The notes under the pieces are model-generated. The model saw nothing but the letters and a program-made list of their open reading frames with translations, was not told the DNA's origin and made no database searches. A program made the position numbers and the translations under genes. Below are positions 28,136 through 42,455 of a stretch of DNA of 64,000 nucleotides, piece by piece (the first letter of the stretch is position 1; the number at the start of each line of letters is the position of its first letter). Source of the DNA: Eledone cirrhosa (lineage: Eukaryota); contig OZ024746.1 in assembly GCA_964016885.1 (NCBI GenBank), positions 87,482,001 through 87,546,000 on the forward strand. The letters run 5' to 3'.

Positions 28136-29984
28136 ATAATAATAAATTTGAAGACTAAAATCCGAAGAGGATAAGGACAAATATATATCAGATATATACG
28201 AACCGTAGAGCAAATATTTATTAAAATAATAGATTAAAGTGTAAGCAAAGAATCGCTGCTTTCACCCTTAACGGGATCTTCTGAAACTAAAAAAGTCAAT
28301 ATGTGAACGCAGAAGTAAATATTTCGAAAATCGGTGCAATCGAAGGAAGACAGGAAGACGATTATTTGATTCGTGGAAATGTTCCCTGGCAAACAATGGA
28401 AAAAAAACGAAAATAATTCGTCATTATTTGGTGCGGTGAAAACAATTACACGCAAAGACAAACCACATTTATGGTATAAAAGAAGTCGTAGACTAATATT
28501 CAATTAGGTGGTTCGTGGAGATGTTTCCTGGCAATGAACGGAAAATCCAAGATAATACGTCATTATGTGGATTGGTGAGAACAATTACACGCAAAGACAA
28601 AACCACGTAAATGGTATAACTGAAGTCGTAGATTAAATTCTATTTAGGAAACCGAATAATTCTCGACATAAGAGTTAAGAATAAATTAAATTAAATACAG
28701 AGCTAGTTGAAATTAAATATAAACATACACGCATCCAATTACGTACAAACACAAGCATACGCGAAAACACTGGCCATGGGTATGCAAATACAAGCACCTA
28801 CCCCCAAAACACGCACCCACATACAGAACCCACGCAAACGCCATTACCCGCACACATACGAACGTATACACCAAATACACATAAACATATATATATATAC
28901 ATTATTTATATACGCACATACACACACATATATGTATGTATGTGTATGTGTGTGCGTGTATACATAATAAAATAAACGTATATAAATATACACATGTAAA
29001 TACGTATATAACGCGCGCACACACATACGTTCGCAGACGTACGTCAACCAAAACACAAAGTACACATATACACACACCCACATACGTACAGACCCGCATA
29101 ATCACACAGACGCATAACTCACGTATACACATAACCAAATGCACATGTACAAGTATATATAATATATACGCCATAACATATACAAGCAAATATACGTACG
29201 AAAGTATACGTACCTTCACAAAACATACAGGTAAAATATACTACCTATACAAATAAGTAATGGTATAAACATAACATATACTTAGATACCACATCAAGAC
29301 GTAACATATCCGCGTATAGTTCGTACTATCCGTTTGGGTATAATGTGGGGCTGTAATACAGGGAGGTTTTGTGCAATTTATGTTTACAAGCCGAAATTGC
29401 CTCAGATTTTTTGTTTAAGATGTGGTCTTAGGCGTAGAGAATTTCCAGGGCATCAGCGAACAAGAGGTCACTTGGTCTTTTATTTCCCTTATACGATCTA
29501 ACCCTAGCTAGGATCTCCCAGTGTAACTTACATTGGGTGTGGTTGTCTTTTAGACTCCAGATATAAGCTGAAAGTGACGTCATATTCCTTCTTAAATGGT
29601 TAAGAAAAGAATGGGTATGCATGTAAAGAGGCTGCTTGAATCTATTGGCTGTTAACCCTATGTAGGCCCTACGGGATGTGGGTGTTTCAACCTTACATGA
29701 ACCACCTAGTAGAATTTAGTCCACGACTTCATTTATACCATAAACGTGGTTTTGTCTTTGCGTTTAATTGTTTCACCGCACCAAATAATGACGTATTATC
29801 TTCGTTTTTTTCCGTTCTTTGTCAGGGATTGTTTCCATGAAACAATGTAGCGTCTTCCTGTCTTACTTCGGTTGCAACGTTTTTTTAATTATTTACTTCT
29901 GCGTTCACAGATTGACTTATTTATTTTCAGAAGATCCCGTTAAGGGTGAAAGCAGCGATTCTTTGCTTAAACTTTAATCTGTTA

Positions 29985-29992
<8 letters not shown>
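28134..29992 (-). mobile_element. 5'-truncated Penelope-like element (family A): GIY-YIG fragment, 3' pLTR with tail, inverted 5' pLTR
   Basis: Minus 29340-29700 reads RRAYIGLT..HTHSF..TSLSAYIWSLKD..LHWEILAR; arm 29715-29992 is the inverse of 28218-28500; HHRs at ~28237-28288 (-) and 29924-29972 (+). Confidence 0.85.
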
Positions 29993-30062
<70 letters not shown>

Positions 30063-30070
<8 letters not shown>

Positions 30071-30270
30071 GAACACTGGAAGGTAATATCCGTAGTGGTA
30101 GATCACTCAGTCCAAGGGACGAGTTAGGTTGAAGGCGTTACACAATAGTTAGTTCACCATAGCGAGAACAATTGTTTCACCTTAGCGGGATCCTGAGCTC
30201 GTAATCCGAGCTGAGGACCCGCTAAGGTGAGACAATACTTCTCGGCATGGTGAACTATCTGTTATGTAAC
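30063..30270 (-). mobile_element. Family H fold-back: two head-to-head hammerheads (palindrome 30137-30270) plus tail
   Basis: Consensus CGAG-CTGAGGA-TCCgctaaGGT-GAAA-CAATTG-TT-CTCG on both strands; second copy at 34239-34445. Confidence 0.8.
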
Positions 30271-30280
30271 AACTTATATA

Positions 30281-31116
30281 TATCATGAGTTAAGGCTCTA
30301 TTGATTTTCCCCTGAATTTCACTAAATTCTGTTGAATGAATCTATATCCTGATTCTTTTTGAATTCAGTTTGAATTATTTTCCCCACATCTTACGTTAAT
30401 TATTTTCACATTTTGACGCTATAGTCACCCATATATTATGAAATACTGTGTGCGCCTTGCTCATAATAATTTCTATACTTTTCATTTATATTTATACTCG
30501 GATTTCTTTCCTAGAGTGCTTAAATTATGTGTGACTAATCCCGGGGTTTTTTTAAAAAGAAACGCGATAATATTGCTTTTTGCTGAATCCTTATTGTAGA
30601 GTTTTTTCGGAATGTTTTTGACTGTTATTTCATGTAAACAAACATTCGCCTCATTCTGACGTCACCAGCTCTGACTCCACATGTGCGTTTTATTTTCATA
30701 ATTACGCATGATGTCGAACAAGCCTGCTTTTAAATTCCCTTTTGGCATATTATAATCAGTGAAATTTTGGTTATCGTGTTGAGCTCTGCTGATGATCGGA
30801 TGCAACCGTCACTATCCCCACTGAAAGTTTCGTGAAATAGTCTTTGCACAATACAGAGCATTTGTAGTTTTTCCAAATTGAAGGATGAGTATTTTAAACT
30901 TTATTTTATCATGAGTTAAGGCTCTAATAATTTTTCCCTGAATTTCACTAAATTCTGTTGGATGAATCTATATCCTGATTCTTTTTGAATTGAGTTTGAA
31001 TTATTTCCCCCACATCTTACGTTAACTATTTTCCCATTGTGACGCTATAGTCACCTATATATTATGAAATACTGTGTGCTTCTTGCTCATAATAATTTCT
31101 ATACTTTTCATTTATA
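30281..31116 (+). mobile_element. ~626-nt tandem monomer (1.3 copies) containing a hammerhead
   Basis: ~210-bp direct repeat at 30281-30490 and 30907-31116. Confidence 0.75.
30783..30859 (+). ncRNA. Type I hammerhead
   Basis: GCTCTG-CTGATGA-TCGGA..TTCGT-GAAA-TAGTctttgcACAA-TA-CAGAGC; 6-bp stem I. Confidence 0.7.
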
Positions 31117-31137
31117 TATATATATATATAGTAATAA

Positions 31138-31247
31138 TAATTGTTTCTACATTTGGCACAAGGCCAGCAATTACCCAGTGTATTACTGGTACTTTATTTT
31201 ATCTACCCCATAAGGATGAAAGATAAAGTTAACCTCGGCGGGATTTG
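31138..31247 (-). mobile_element. tRNA-derived SINE (truncated)
   Basis: Shared CCGAGGTTAACTT..CTTTCATCCT..GATAAAATAAAGTACCAG core. Confidence 0.8.
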
Positions 31248-31620
31248 GGTTCCGGCTCTCATCCTTGTTCCCTTTGCCGCTGCAACACTTGTCACTTTCT
31301 TTCCACCCTTACAGGCCCTAACGGGTCTTTCTGTATCTGCCATTCATTCACCTGCACATCTACCCACATTGCCCTCCGTTGTTGCCTTTGCGGGTCTTTG
31401 TATATCGGACAAACGGGACGCCGCATGGCGGACAGTTTTGCCGAACATTTGAGGGACATACGACTCGGTTTGGATACACCTGTTGCCCGTCATTTCAGTT
31501 CTCCAGGTCATTCTTACCTACATGTTTCAGTCCTGGGTGTCCTTTTACATCATGGGTCACAGGCCTCGCGCACCAGGACTGAACAAAGTCTGTTTCACCG
31601 TCTTGGGTCCTATTCCCCCT
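31248..31620 (+). pseudogene. Penelope (Neptune-type) Cys-knuckle + GIY-YIG endonuclease fragment
   Basis: ORF 31245-31700: PC..CRCNTC; FTCTST..C..CG.LYIGQTGR..EHLRDIR..PVARHF..H..R.R.E..HRLG. Confidence 0.85.
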
Positions 31621-31850
31621 CTTGTACTCAATTCACCTCCCCAATTTCTCTAATACCCCGTCCATTATCACACCCCTTGATACCTATCGCTTTCTCTTGA
31701 TCATTATCAGCTTCTCTTACTACTAATACATGCCGATACACACCCTTATATTAAAATACTTTTGCTCATTGCTTCGTACTTACATGCACACACTCTTTTA
31801 TTCACATATGCACACACATTTCTTCTTAGCTTCGTACGGACCTTATAATA

Positions 31851-31981
<131 letters not shown>

Positions 31982-32214
31982 CTCATTTCTTACGCACGTG
32001 CCCAAGTATAGCTCTTTTTTCATAATCTTTTTTTTCCATTTCAGGTAGACGCCTGCTATCATCCACTTTTCTAAAAAAAAAAATCATACACAAAACGCCA
32101 GCACCAACAGTTTTGCAAAGTATGTTAACATGAATGGGCTGTTATTTTTATCTAAAGACATTTTTTCGAATTCTAACCCGCCCGTTCTCTCAATCTATTT
32201 CATTTCTCATTCTC

Positions 32215-32250
32215 TCTTCTGATGAAGGACTAGCGTCCGAAACGTTAAGA
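32215..32250 (+). ncRNA. Minimal type I hammerhead in the 3' pLTR of the Neptune-type element
   Basis: TCTT-CTGATGA-A-GGACtagcGTCC-GAAA-CG-TT-AAGA; palindromic AACGTT stem III; decayed relative near 54054-54090 minus. Confidence 0.85.
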
Positions 32251-32347
32251 CCCTCTTCCTGCTATATTAAGCGTTAACCTAATATATACCTTCCATATAC
32301 TGTACCGATTGCGTTGTTATTTTTGTTTACCTTTTACATACACACAC

Positions 32348-32380
<33 letters not shown>

Positions 32381-33404
32381 CACGCACATACACACACATA
32401 TATATGCATAAATGTGTGTGTGTGCGTGTGTATATATATACTTAGATATAGTAAGTTTGTGAGTGATAATATATGTATTTGTTTGCACGTGAGAGTGTGT
32501 ACGTTGCCAGATTATCATTCTTCATTTTGTTCTGAAGAGAAATGTCTTGTTTGAAACTTGTAATGCAGTTTACCATTATGCATATCCCTGTTTCTGAAAG
32601 AATTTTCGTTGCTAAAAGCAGATAATTTATTGTTATTCTGATATCTTTGAAGTTTATTGCCGATTGATATTCGAAAGCTATGGATGTTTGTGTTATGTGC
32701 ATATTTCTTAAATCCGAAGTAGAATCTCTGTATTAGTACAGGTGAATCGGTACACTTATTTCTATTACAGATATCTAACTGGAGGGAGTAAGCAATCGAA
32801 AAATATTAATATTATATTTCCTATCCTCTCTCGTTATTCTATATATTTGACAAACGGAAATGTTATTATCATCACCATGATTATAAAGAGCAATACAAGC
32901 AACAGGAGCATCCATATAAGCAGCGGGAATTATTCTTAACTAAGTTTATTTCATTTAAAGAATGCCTTACTTCTATCTTATTTGTTTGTTTTGAACTCTG
33001 TGATTTATAGTTTTATGAATGGACTATATATACACACACACATATGTATATATATTTTATAATGAAATTTTGATGAAATTGAAAATGCAACTGGAGTCTT
33101 ATTTTTAAAAAAATATATAAAAAATATATATATTTATGTGGTTCCTTTACCGGTTTCGCAGTTCTTCAAAAGTAGGGTTTAGATGGAGGGTCTGTGTTTT
33201 TTCTCACACCTCTCTCTCTCTCCCTCTCTCTCTCTCTATATATATATACCCAGCATATACACACTGCTCAAAAGGACAATGACTTACCCTTAGACAACAT
33301 TGCTGCTGTCGATGTTAAGCATAGGCAACTGCTGGACTTCCACAAAGAAACCTTGCCCAGGCTTGTGCCTCGAAAGGAATCTTTCTAATGGCAATCTACG
33401 TTCA

Positions 33405-33571
<167 letters not shown>

Positions 33572-33602
33572 ATATTTATATATTTATATATATATATATA
33601 TA

Positions 33603-34215
33603 AAACATGAGAGAAAAGAAGAATACTGCGTGGTTTGCACATGGGTTACACATGATAAAAATAGTCCTTCGTCAGTGATTTTCCAACCATAATTGGTATT
33701 TCATCGCATTAAATATCAGATACTTCAGGTTGGTGCGAGCAATAACTCAAAAAAAGTTATTGGGACCAGTAATCGCGTAAAGCGAGGGGGACAAATGAAC
33801 AACATAGAAGGATAAAAACAAACCAAAGAAAGGAAATAAACAAGCAACATGGTAGTCCTGGTCGGCATAAGCTGGGTAAAATTCATGAGCGAAAGGTACA
33901 GACGTCCGACGTGAGTGAGATGTAAGCAAGAAGAGGACCACTGTTAGCCAAACGGGAGGAAGTGAGAAGTGGAGAAACAGAGAGTGAGTGAGTTGAAGTG
34001 CGAGGAAGCGGTCAGTCGAGAGAAAGTGTAACTGACAGAGGGGGCGAAAGAAGGTGAGAGAAACAGAGAGACCGGGAAGCAGTAAGAGAGAAACAGACAA
34101 ACGCAGGTGAGGTAAATATATATAAAAACACATGAGAAGAAAGAAGAATACTGCGTGGTTTGCACAGGGGTTATATATGATAAAAATAGTCCTTCGTCAG
34201 TGATTTTCCAACCAG
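33603..34215. mobile_element. Family D unit with ~90-bp terminal direct repeats (period ~525)
   Basis: AAGAAGAATACTGCGTGGTTTGCAC..GTCCTTCGTCAGTGATTTTCCAACC twice; homologous inverted copy at 49795-50390. Confidence 0.75.
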
Positions 34216-34238
34216 TGCATGTGTGTGTGTGTATATAT

Positions 34239-34445
34239 AGAAGTGGTTACACAACAGTTAGTTCACCATACCGAGAACAATTGTTTCAACTTAGCGGATT
34301 CTCAGCTCGTAATGGACTGCTAAGATGAAACAATTGTTCTCGGTATGGTGAACTAACTGTTGTGTAACCATTTCTACCTAACTCGTCCCATGGAAGGAGT
34401 GCTCTACCATTACGGATATTACCTTCCCGTGTTCTACCACTATAT
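34239..34445 (+). mobile_element. Family H double-hammerhead fold-back (palindrome 34239-34375) plus tail
   Basis: GTTACACAACAGTTAGTTCACCATACCGAGAACAATTGTTTCA / TGAAACAATTGTTCTCGGTATGGTGAACTAACTGTTGTGTAAC. Confidence 0.8.
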
Positions 34446-34449
34446 ATGT

Positions 34450-34530
<81 letters not shown>

Positions 34531-34613
34531 GGCAAAATTTGAACAGGGACAAAACAGAGAAGCAGTACAATAAATGTTTATTAATTTCACGCTCAGGAGA
34601 GTGGGGGGTAGGT

Positions 34614-34652
34614 GGGGACGACGCTTCGGGCATAAGCCCTTCCTCAGGTGAG
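34614..34652 (-). ncRNA. Degenerate minimal hammerhead
   Basis: Minus: CTGAGGA-A-GGGCttatGCCC-GAAG-CG-TC; stem I weak. Confidence 0.45.
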
Positions 34653-34735
34653 AAGTGTGTGGGAACAGAGTTCAAAAGGTGTGTAAGGGAGTGGTGGAGA
34701 GACATATAGCGAAAGGAGCCGGTGCGAATGAAAAA

Positions 34736-35200
34736 TTAACAAATAAATTTTGATTTTTTCTTATCAGTAATGTTATTAAACCATCTTATTGCTTCATGAG
34801 TGTTACCCCATAGTTTAATTTCTACTTTAACCTTAACTTGGGGGATAATTCTGTCTAGTATATATTTGCTAATTTTGCCTATATCAGATTTAGAGGGGCA
34901 TATAAGTCTAATCTTAGGGTTAGCATCGAAGTTTACCTTGTGGTCCTTCAGGTTGAAGGATGGTATAGCTGGTGTTAAGGGTTGCGTTCTATCGTCAATA
35001 CAAAGTTTTTTAACAATTTCACATGCCGAGTTGTTGATGTTTTTAAGTGTAGCTTCATTAGTTTTCCTGTATGTTTTATGCAATTCCTTACGGATGAAGT
35101 TATTGTAAGTGTCCACATCCATGGTATATACGTTTGATGTTTTGTCTCCTCTAACAATAATTCCATTGGCGTTTTTTAGATTATTGAGCAGCGCCGTGAT
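34736..35200 (-). pseudogene. Penelope (Naiad-type) RT N-terminal fragment
   Basis: ORF 34736-35122: LKDHKVNFDANPKIRLICPSKSDIGKISKYILD..LWGNTHEAIRWF; homologous to 21050-21480. Confidence 0.85.
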
Positions 35201-35321
35201 GTCTATATTTATTAATATGTTGAAGTAATATTAATAACTCCAGAAAACCATCTTTTGAGTGCTTCTAATCTATTGCAAAACTATATTCATTGATTAATCA
35301 ATGAACCTTGTTAAACTTTTG

Positions 35322-35443
<122 letters not shown>

Positions 35444-35520
35444 TGTGTGTGTGTGTCTGTGTTTGTGAATGTATATAATACATAAGAGACGGTTTTAGTC
35501 GTACATCATCATTATATATT

Positions 35521-35664
35521 ACGCATAGAGTTACGGCGCTTCCATTTTGAGTTCAAATCCCGCCGAGGTTAACTTTGCCTTTCATCCTTACGGGGTCGAT
35601 AAAATAAAGCACCATTAAATTACTGAGATAATTGTTGGCCTTGTGTCAAAAGTAGAAGCAATTA
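35521..35664 (+). mobile_element. tRNA-derived SINE
   Basis: B-box GAGTTCAAATCC, conserved core, and GTAGAA.CAATTA end. Confidence 0.85.
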
Positions 35665-35669
35665 TATAT

Positions 35670-36589
35670 TTCTCAATTCTGGGAGAAGAGACATGGCCTA
35701 TTGAATTTAGGGATATTCCCAGACCACGGAAATCTAAATATTTGATATTCTGTATAAACATTTGCAGATTCAAACATTTGAGAAATGCATTAGCAGTCGT
35801 GTCAGAAATTGGATCACCACTGGCAGATGCAAAATCAGTCAACGGGAGATTGCACACGACATGATATTATGTAAATTGACAGAATATGATTTGTCAATAT
35901 CAATCACCTAAGAAAGCCTGCTCAGTGCGTTCTATATTTAGATGAATTTCTACTAAATCAGGTTGAAAGGCTCATGTATCTCGTCGGGGTCATATCCATG
36001 AGTAATAAAATGTAGGAGACTGATTTAAGTACAAAATTCCAGGAGCTGTTGCAGTAATGCACCAATTTCAGCTTTCGGTAATCAGAAGAAAATAGCTAGG
36101 TGTAACAAACAAATTGGCTATCTTCAAATCAGTATTCGTAACACCCATTAGCTACAAGATTGAATGTTGGTTTATGACCGAAAGAATATGTTTGTGAACA
36201 TAAGGGGGTTCCTCAGAAGGGTCTTTAGCGTAATGTTAATCAATAGAGTTCGTAGACCGGAGATCAAAGAGTCGTCTCAGGTAGAAACGCTTCTACTCCT
36301 AATTGTGAGATCACACCATCTATATTACGAACATGTGGTTAGATGATCTCAGCGAAGACCCACTGTACTAATTTTATAGATAAAACCAACTAACAAACGA
36401 CCAATATTGTTGGATAATATCCCTGTGATCGGATGGTCTCGCCTGGGATCTGCTCAGATAAGTTGGAATATGTTGCTTCTGACAGGGCCCGTAGGAAGGA
36501 GTGATCTAGGACTCTGAACCCAATATCCTCTCAGCTATAATTGAACGAAGAAGGAGAAGAAAAAGTACAATGAGAAGAGGAAGAAGAAT

Positions 36590-36623
<34 letters not shown>

Positions 36624-36625
36624 AT
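35670..36625 (+). mobile_element. RTE-clade LINE 3' remnant with (GAA)/(GAT)n tail
   Basis: GFLRRVFSV.LINRVR..EIKES.QVETLLL.I.RS....YEHVVR matches the RTE C-terminus; 3' end resembles 6350-6420. Confidence 0.7.
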
Positions 36626-37111
36626 CTATTTTTCTTATTTTAAGGAAAGCTTTTCATATAGTGTTGCCATTAGACCAGTTTAGGGACGTTTAATTGTTTA
36701 CATCTCTTTTTTTTTGCAGTTGTAGATGTAATGAATGATATTCTGGAGATTTGTTTACAATTTAAAGTTTATCTTTTTCACTGCATCTGCGGTTGTGCTT
36801 TTTTTCATCTCTTTACACATGTCTATCAATTCAGTTTTTTCAAAATTGTTGTCTTTTTTAAAGAGAGTAACTATTCTGTTTTTTTTTTCGTTTCGTGCTT
36901 GTTACTATTATATCTCCGTTAGTCTATATTAGATGTTATGATTTTCTTTTGAGATTGTTTATTTTATATCAGTTTTCTAGAAGCATAAGTCTTATATTGT
37001 AAGAGTTCACAACGTGTCCCACAGTCTACCATGGGGAGGTGGAGATTGATGTTTCGTATTCGAGGGCATCAACTGCAAACTCTATACAGTTTGAGAGCAT
37101 TGATGAAGAGC

Positions 37112-37330
37112 GATAGATTGACAGTATCGGGAAGATAACAGGAAGTGCTATATAGAGGTATGGCCCGTCAGATAACAGGAAGTGCTATATAGAGGTATGG
37201 CCCGTTACGTTCTGAGTTCTGAGTTCTGAGTTCAAACCCTACCGAAGTTAACTTTGCTTTTATGCTTTCTTTTATCGAGGTCGATAAAAGAAAACACTAG
37301 TAATGCACTGGGGTATTTGCTGGCCTTGCG
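37112..37330 (+). mobile_element. tRNA-derived SINE with internal tandem duplications
   Basis: SINE core; GATAACAGGAAGTGCTATATAGAGGTATGGCCCGT x2 and GTTCTGA x3. Confidence 0.75.
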
Positions 37331-38151
37331 CCAAAAGCAGAAACAATTATTTTAACGTTCTTATAACGGGGGACATGATTGTAGTGTTGGTGGAGTTTGT
37401 GACATTGTTGATGTATCATTCCTACCATGACCATCAACATAATTTCACACACAATAATCTGTTTAAACATGAGTATGAAAACACAGCTATGTATTGCGGA
37501 TAACATCCTCATGAGGTTAAAAAGCACAACAAATCTCCGATATCCAATTTTCTAAACATTATCAGCAGCATGGCGCCCATGAATCATTACCTAGATGCGG
37601 CCTATCACCATTAGTGTGCAAGAGGGGAAGGACCGAAACACTTGCATGAATGTGGGAGGGGGCTTCTTGAAGTCCTTCTGCTGACCAGCTATCCTGATAG
37701 TTTGTTACCACTATTTTATATAACAATTTTATATAACACGTTTTTAATAATTTTCACTCTACTCAATTAAGTAACATTTTGCCAAATAATTCGCAAAATT
37801 CAATTTATATTCATATTTTTTTCACTCAACATATTAGTACATATTACATTATAAATTATTTTGAAATAGGTTTGTGTAATGGTCGTATTATTCTTATTCT
37901 TCCATATTGAAAGTCCCTTTTTTTATATTCTTAATGCACTTCATTGTTTATGAAATATAAATATTTTTTATAGACTGTAAATAGTAAGCAACTGTACATC
38001 TTTATACTTGTAATATTTCATAATTGCCTTCATACAATGGTAGACAATTGTATTCTACACAAGACACCCGTGTAATTTTCCCCTATCAGTGTTCACACCC
38101 ATCAATGTATCATTAACGAAATATGGTATTTTTAATTCATATATATATATA

Positions 38152-38870
38152 TATTGTTATACTTTGGGAGGGTTATGTTGTGCCATTGCTTTCACTCCAA
38201 TTTATTATAAATTTCCAGTTGGTTGGTTCCACGAACGGACGGTTGTTCATATATTGTCAAAGTTATTTCTTCACATATTCTGTCACCTCATCAGTGACGG
38301 GGGATTCTGTTCTTTGTTTTGTGCCTCTCCTTTGTTTTGTCTTACGCCATCTTGTTTTTGTGTGTGTTGTGTGTTACTTTGCGCATGATCTCCAACTAAA
38401 ATTATATAGAAAACATGAATGGAATAGCAACGTTACAACTTACAATTAAGGACAAATTGAAAACACACACACATAGAACAAACAAGCAACTAGTAACATA
38501 TAAATATACGAATAAATAAATAAGTAAAAATACACACGGACACCCGGATGTAACACATGCGCAAACTAAGCACACAGCACGCGCAAAAGCAAGATGGCAT
38601 AGGACAGAACAAAGGAGAGGCACAAAACAAAGAAACGAATCCTCGGTCACTGATGAAGTCACAGAATGTGTGACGAAAGAACTTTGACAATATATGAACA
38701 ACCGTCCGGTTGTGGAACCAACCAACCAACTCGAAATTTATAATAAATTGGAGTGAAAGCGTTGGTGCGTGTGTTTCTTATTGGCAACATGACCCTCCCA
38801 AAGTATAACAATATCGGTTTCAACTCACGCTTTCCGATAAAGAATCTTGCTAAACAAATTCAGAAACGAT
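38152..38870 (+). mobile_element. Family E fold-back with two opposed hammerheads (38256-38298 minus; 38646-38688 plus) plus tail
   Basis: Arms ~38152-38385 and ~38555-38812; GTCA-CTGATGA-A-GTCACagaatgtGTGAC-GAAA-GAAC-TT-TGAC. Confidence 0.85.
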
Positions 38871-38884
38871 ATATATATATATAT

Positions 38885-39029
<145 letters not shown>

Positions 39030-39248
39030 AGGGTGAGAGAGAGAGTGTGGGTTAGGAGAGGAAATTAGATAAAGAAACAAAGAGGGAGATTGCACGAAAG
39101 ACAGAATAACTAAGTAGATAAATCGAGTATTTGGTAGACAGAGATGTAGACACTGGAGATAAGGTTGGACCTTTTCCAAAAAGACAACAAAACCGAGCAA
39201 GAAGCAAATTGTCTCATAAGGATCATTAGCGAGTTAAATACTCGTAAC

Positions 39249-39315
<67 letters not shown>

Positions 39316-42300
39316 ATACTAGCTTCATTAAAACAACGAGTGAGTGGTACACCAATCGAAGGTTTTCGGTCCTATCCGATGACTTCTTCTCTGTATTAGT
39401 ATTATTAAAATTATATAAACATGTGTATGTCTATATATGTGGGTGTGTGCATGTATGGATGTGTATGTGTGTGTATGTGTGTGAGTGTGTGTGTGGGGGG
39501 GGGGATGTGTATACATTTTCTTGTATAGGAAAACTCACATGATAGATATTTTTAATTGAATCCTGCGTTTAGTTTGTTGCTGTACATCATGCATTTATTT
39601 TTATTATTTATACTTGCATTATATTATACTTAAACGTATAGCTTGGGTTATTCTAAAGATAATAACTTGGATATGAATGCATCCATACAGACAATCAGAT
39701 TTAGTTAATGGTTGTATAATACTCGTAAGTATGAAATAGCATGTCTTATCTTAATATGATATGCCATAATTTCTAAAGATCAAGTAACTTTCCGAAATAA
39801 TGGCTATATGTATGAGAATGTACTTGAAACTCAGATATTTTCCATATAATTAGGTATGATGATATGTGTCCATTAACCTATTTGATAGCGATCAATGGAG
39901 AATATAACTATTGATAACAATATACGTATTTGTATTTCTTTATCCCATCTCAAATATAGAAGAACGCATGTGACCATATATACGCACCTACATTTACACA
40001 TAACCTTACATAGATGTTTTTCTTTAAAATTGCCGCTTACATACTGACATTTTAATATTGTATTTATATGCTTTGGTTTTGATGTTAGTTGTGATGTAGT
40101 CATTGATTTTCTAGTTGGTTGGAATATTGTTTACTTAAAAGACGGAGAAGAAACATTTGCTTTCTTGGTATATTAAATAGTTTTAATGTATTATTAGATG
40201 TTTACATATAGTAGCTAAACTTTAGGATTGTTGGATATGTGTAGTCTGCATGGAATATATAATGTATTGACTAAGATTAATGTGTTGAATGTCTGAAGCA
40301 TCTAATGTGTGAGGAGAACATTAATTGCATCAAATGTCTTCAATTTGTGAAATGTATGGAAATTGTGATACTTTATATATGTATGCAATACATGGAATTC
40401 GTAGAATATATTTGTAACATGAAGAATGTAAATAATATGTTGGAGGTCTAGAATATGAAGAATAAATAAGGACATATGATTAGTAGAAATGGTGACTGTA
40501 TCAAACCTGCCTTTTTAGCATCGTATCAACATATATCATTAGGGCTTGGTTATGGAGAGAAGATATTTGTTTACCGATATAATTTATGTGACCATCACAG
40601 ACAGAGATCCCGAGATGAAACAATATTTTATTTGAGTATTCTTGATTTAAATCAATTCAAAATGTCTACGACAAACATCCATTCATTCATATAAGCTCCC
40701 CCCCCCCCCATTCATAATTCATATATATGAAAGTTTTCATAAAATGCTATTGAAATAGTGTTGTGCAAGAATGCATCGTTATATCAATCACTATGTTTAC
40801 AAGGAGTATGTCTGCTACGACAAATTAAGGATTCGTTGTATTTCAATTGCTGAAAGTATATTTCTTCATGTACATATTTCATAATATACACAGACTAACG
40901 TTTAGATTGTACTCAGTTGTAGCAAGGCTCTGGCATTTGTAGATGTGATTTTAGGGAAATTAGCCTGTGGCGCTCAGTGCTTCGGCTCTTCCGACATCTG
41001 TTCTAAAGATAACTGAGGATTCTCGTATTTTTCCAAAGATTTTGAATCATAACTTTACGAAAATGATTAATATCAAGAGAAATAAATGTCAGACAACAGG
41101 TATATTATATTTATTAAGTTATGATTCTGATATCAAAATTGTCAATAATATCTAACTAATATATTGGCAATATAGTTATATGATTAGCCATGTGTCATCC
41201 ACGGATGTAAAATTGGAATATCGTAAAATATGTATATTTATATTTAGGCCAGAATAAATGCATACTGCGCACCATACAAATAACCATCATATGCAATGCA
41301 ACACATCTTTGAAGTCTCACTGATTATACATTTTAATACCTCACATTTTGTATGTCTTCAAAGGGCTATTATGATCTCGGTAATTAGCCAGTGACTTTTA
41401 CTATTAAACAGAAGCCAAAAGTTATAGGCTGGTAGTTATGGGAGTATGTGATGATTATGTTATTAAAAATCAAACGGTTTCGAGCATACGTGTAGTTAAA
41501 TGTTGCCACAATTCACTTTCCTTCAACTATAATGTAGTTCAATATCTTTAGTCATCATCTTTTATTTCACAAACGTGTGTGCCTTTCGTCAAATATCCAA
41601 ATTTTAAACAGACAGTGACGAATGGTTTATCATCAACGACACTCTAGCAACGATATTAGCTGCTGCTAACCTACTTAGTCACGTGGATAACAAAACTTTC
41701 GGCGATAATGACTGCTTTATATAATGCTTTAGATATAGCCATGAACTACAATGAAATTTACCTATCATGGAGCAGGCCGCACCACAATTAAGGAAACCAA
41801 TGTAGTTAAGAGGTTAAAATAAATATGTTCAGATGAACATGTTTATAAGTTTCCAAACGAATAAGGTCATACAATTAGATCACAAAGCCACTGATTTCAA
41901 GGGAAAGAAAAACCTAATAAACTCGAAACTATTACACTATTACACAACTTGTATATTAATTTAGCTGCAAAAAAAAAATGAAGGGAAAATTGGGAGTTGC
42001 TCTCAAACCGTAATGAGTAGGAATAAATATTGCCAGTCGAGGCATACTATCACATCTACCAACTCAATGTCCAGTCCTGAATAAGTGGATGAAAATACTT
42101 TCCCCTTCTTTACCACCATCAGAGTATATTTCAGCCTCTGAAATGAGTCTAACCTAAACTACCTAGTGATAAATCAATAAACACGTTTCGTTGTTGTGTT
42201 TGTGAATTGAGACGGTATGTGCCTTTGAAATTAATGATAGTGGAGTGGTCACAGATCTGGGAAATTTGAACAATAAAATACATCTATTGGCAATGAATGA

Positions 42301-42338
42301 TCAACATTTCCAGAAAGGGTGTTTATACTGGTGTAAAT

Positions 42339-42455
42339 GCGCGTGGCTTAGTGGTAAACAAGTTGGATTTGCAATAGTGAAGTAGCCAGTTCAATTCTCG
42401 GAGCGGGTGATGCGTTGTGTCCTTCAGCAAGGCATTTTATTTCACGTTGCTCCTG
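42339..42455 (+). mobile_element. Second tRNA-derived SINE type (CORE/V-like domain), decayed
   Basis: A-box TGGCTTAGTGG, B-box-like AGTTCAATTC, then TGTGTCCTT..GCAAGGCATTTTATTTCACGTTGCTC. Confidence 0.6.

Noticed and set aside
32525-32570. CTGAAGA..GAAA motif
   Set aside because: Stems I and II are weak; not supportable
35545-35565. tRNA genes at GAGTTCAAATCC B-boxes
   Set aside because: No cloverleaf; these are SINE heads followed by the conserved SINE body
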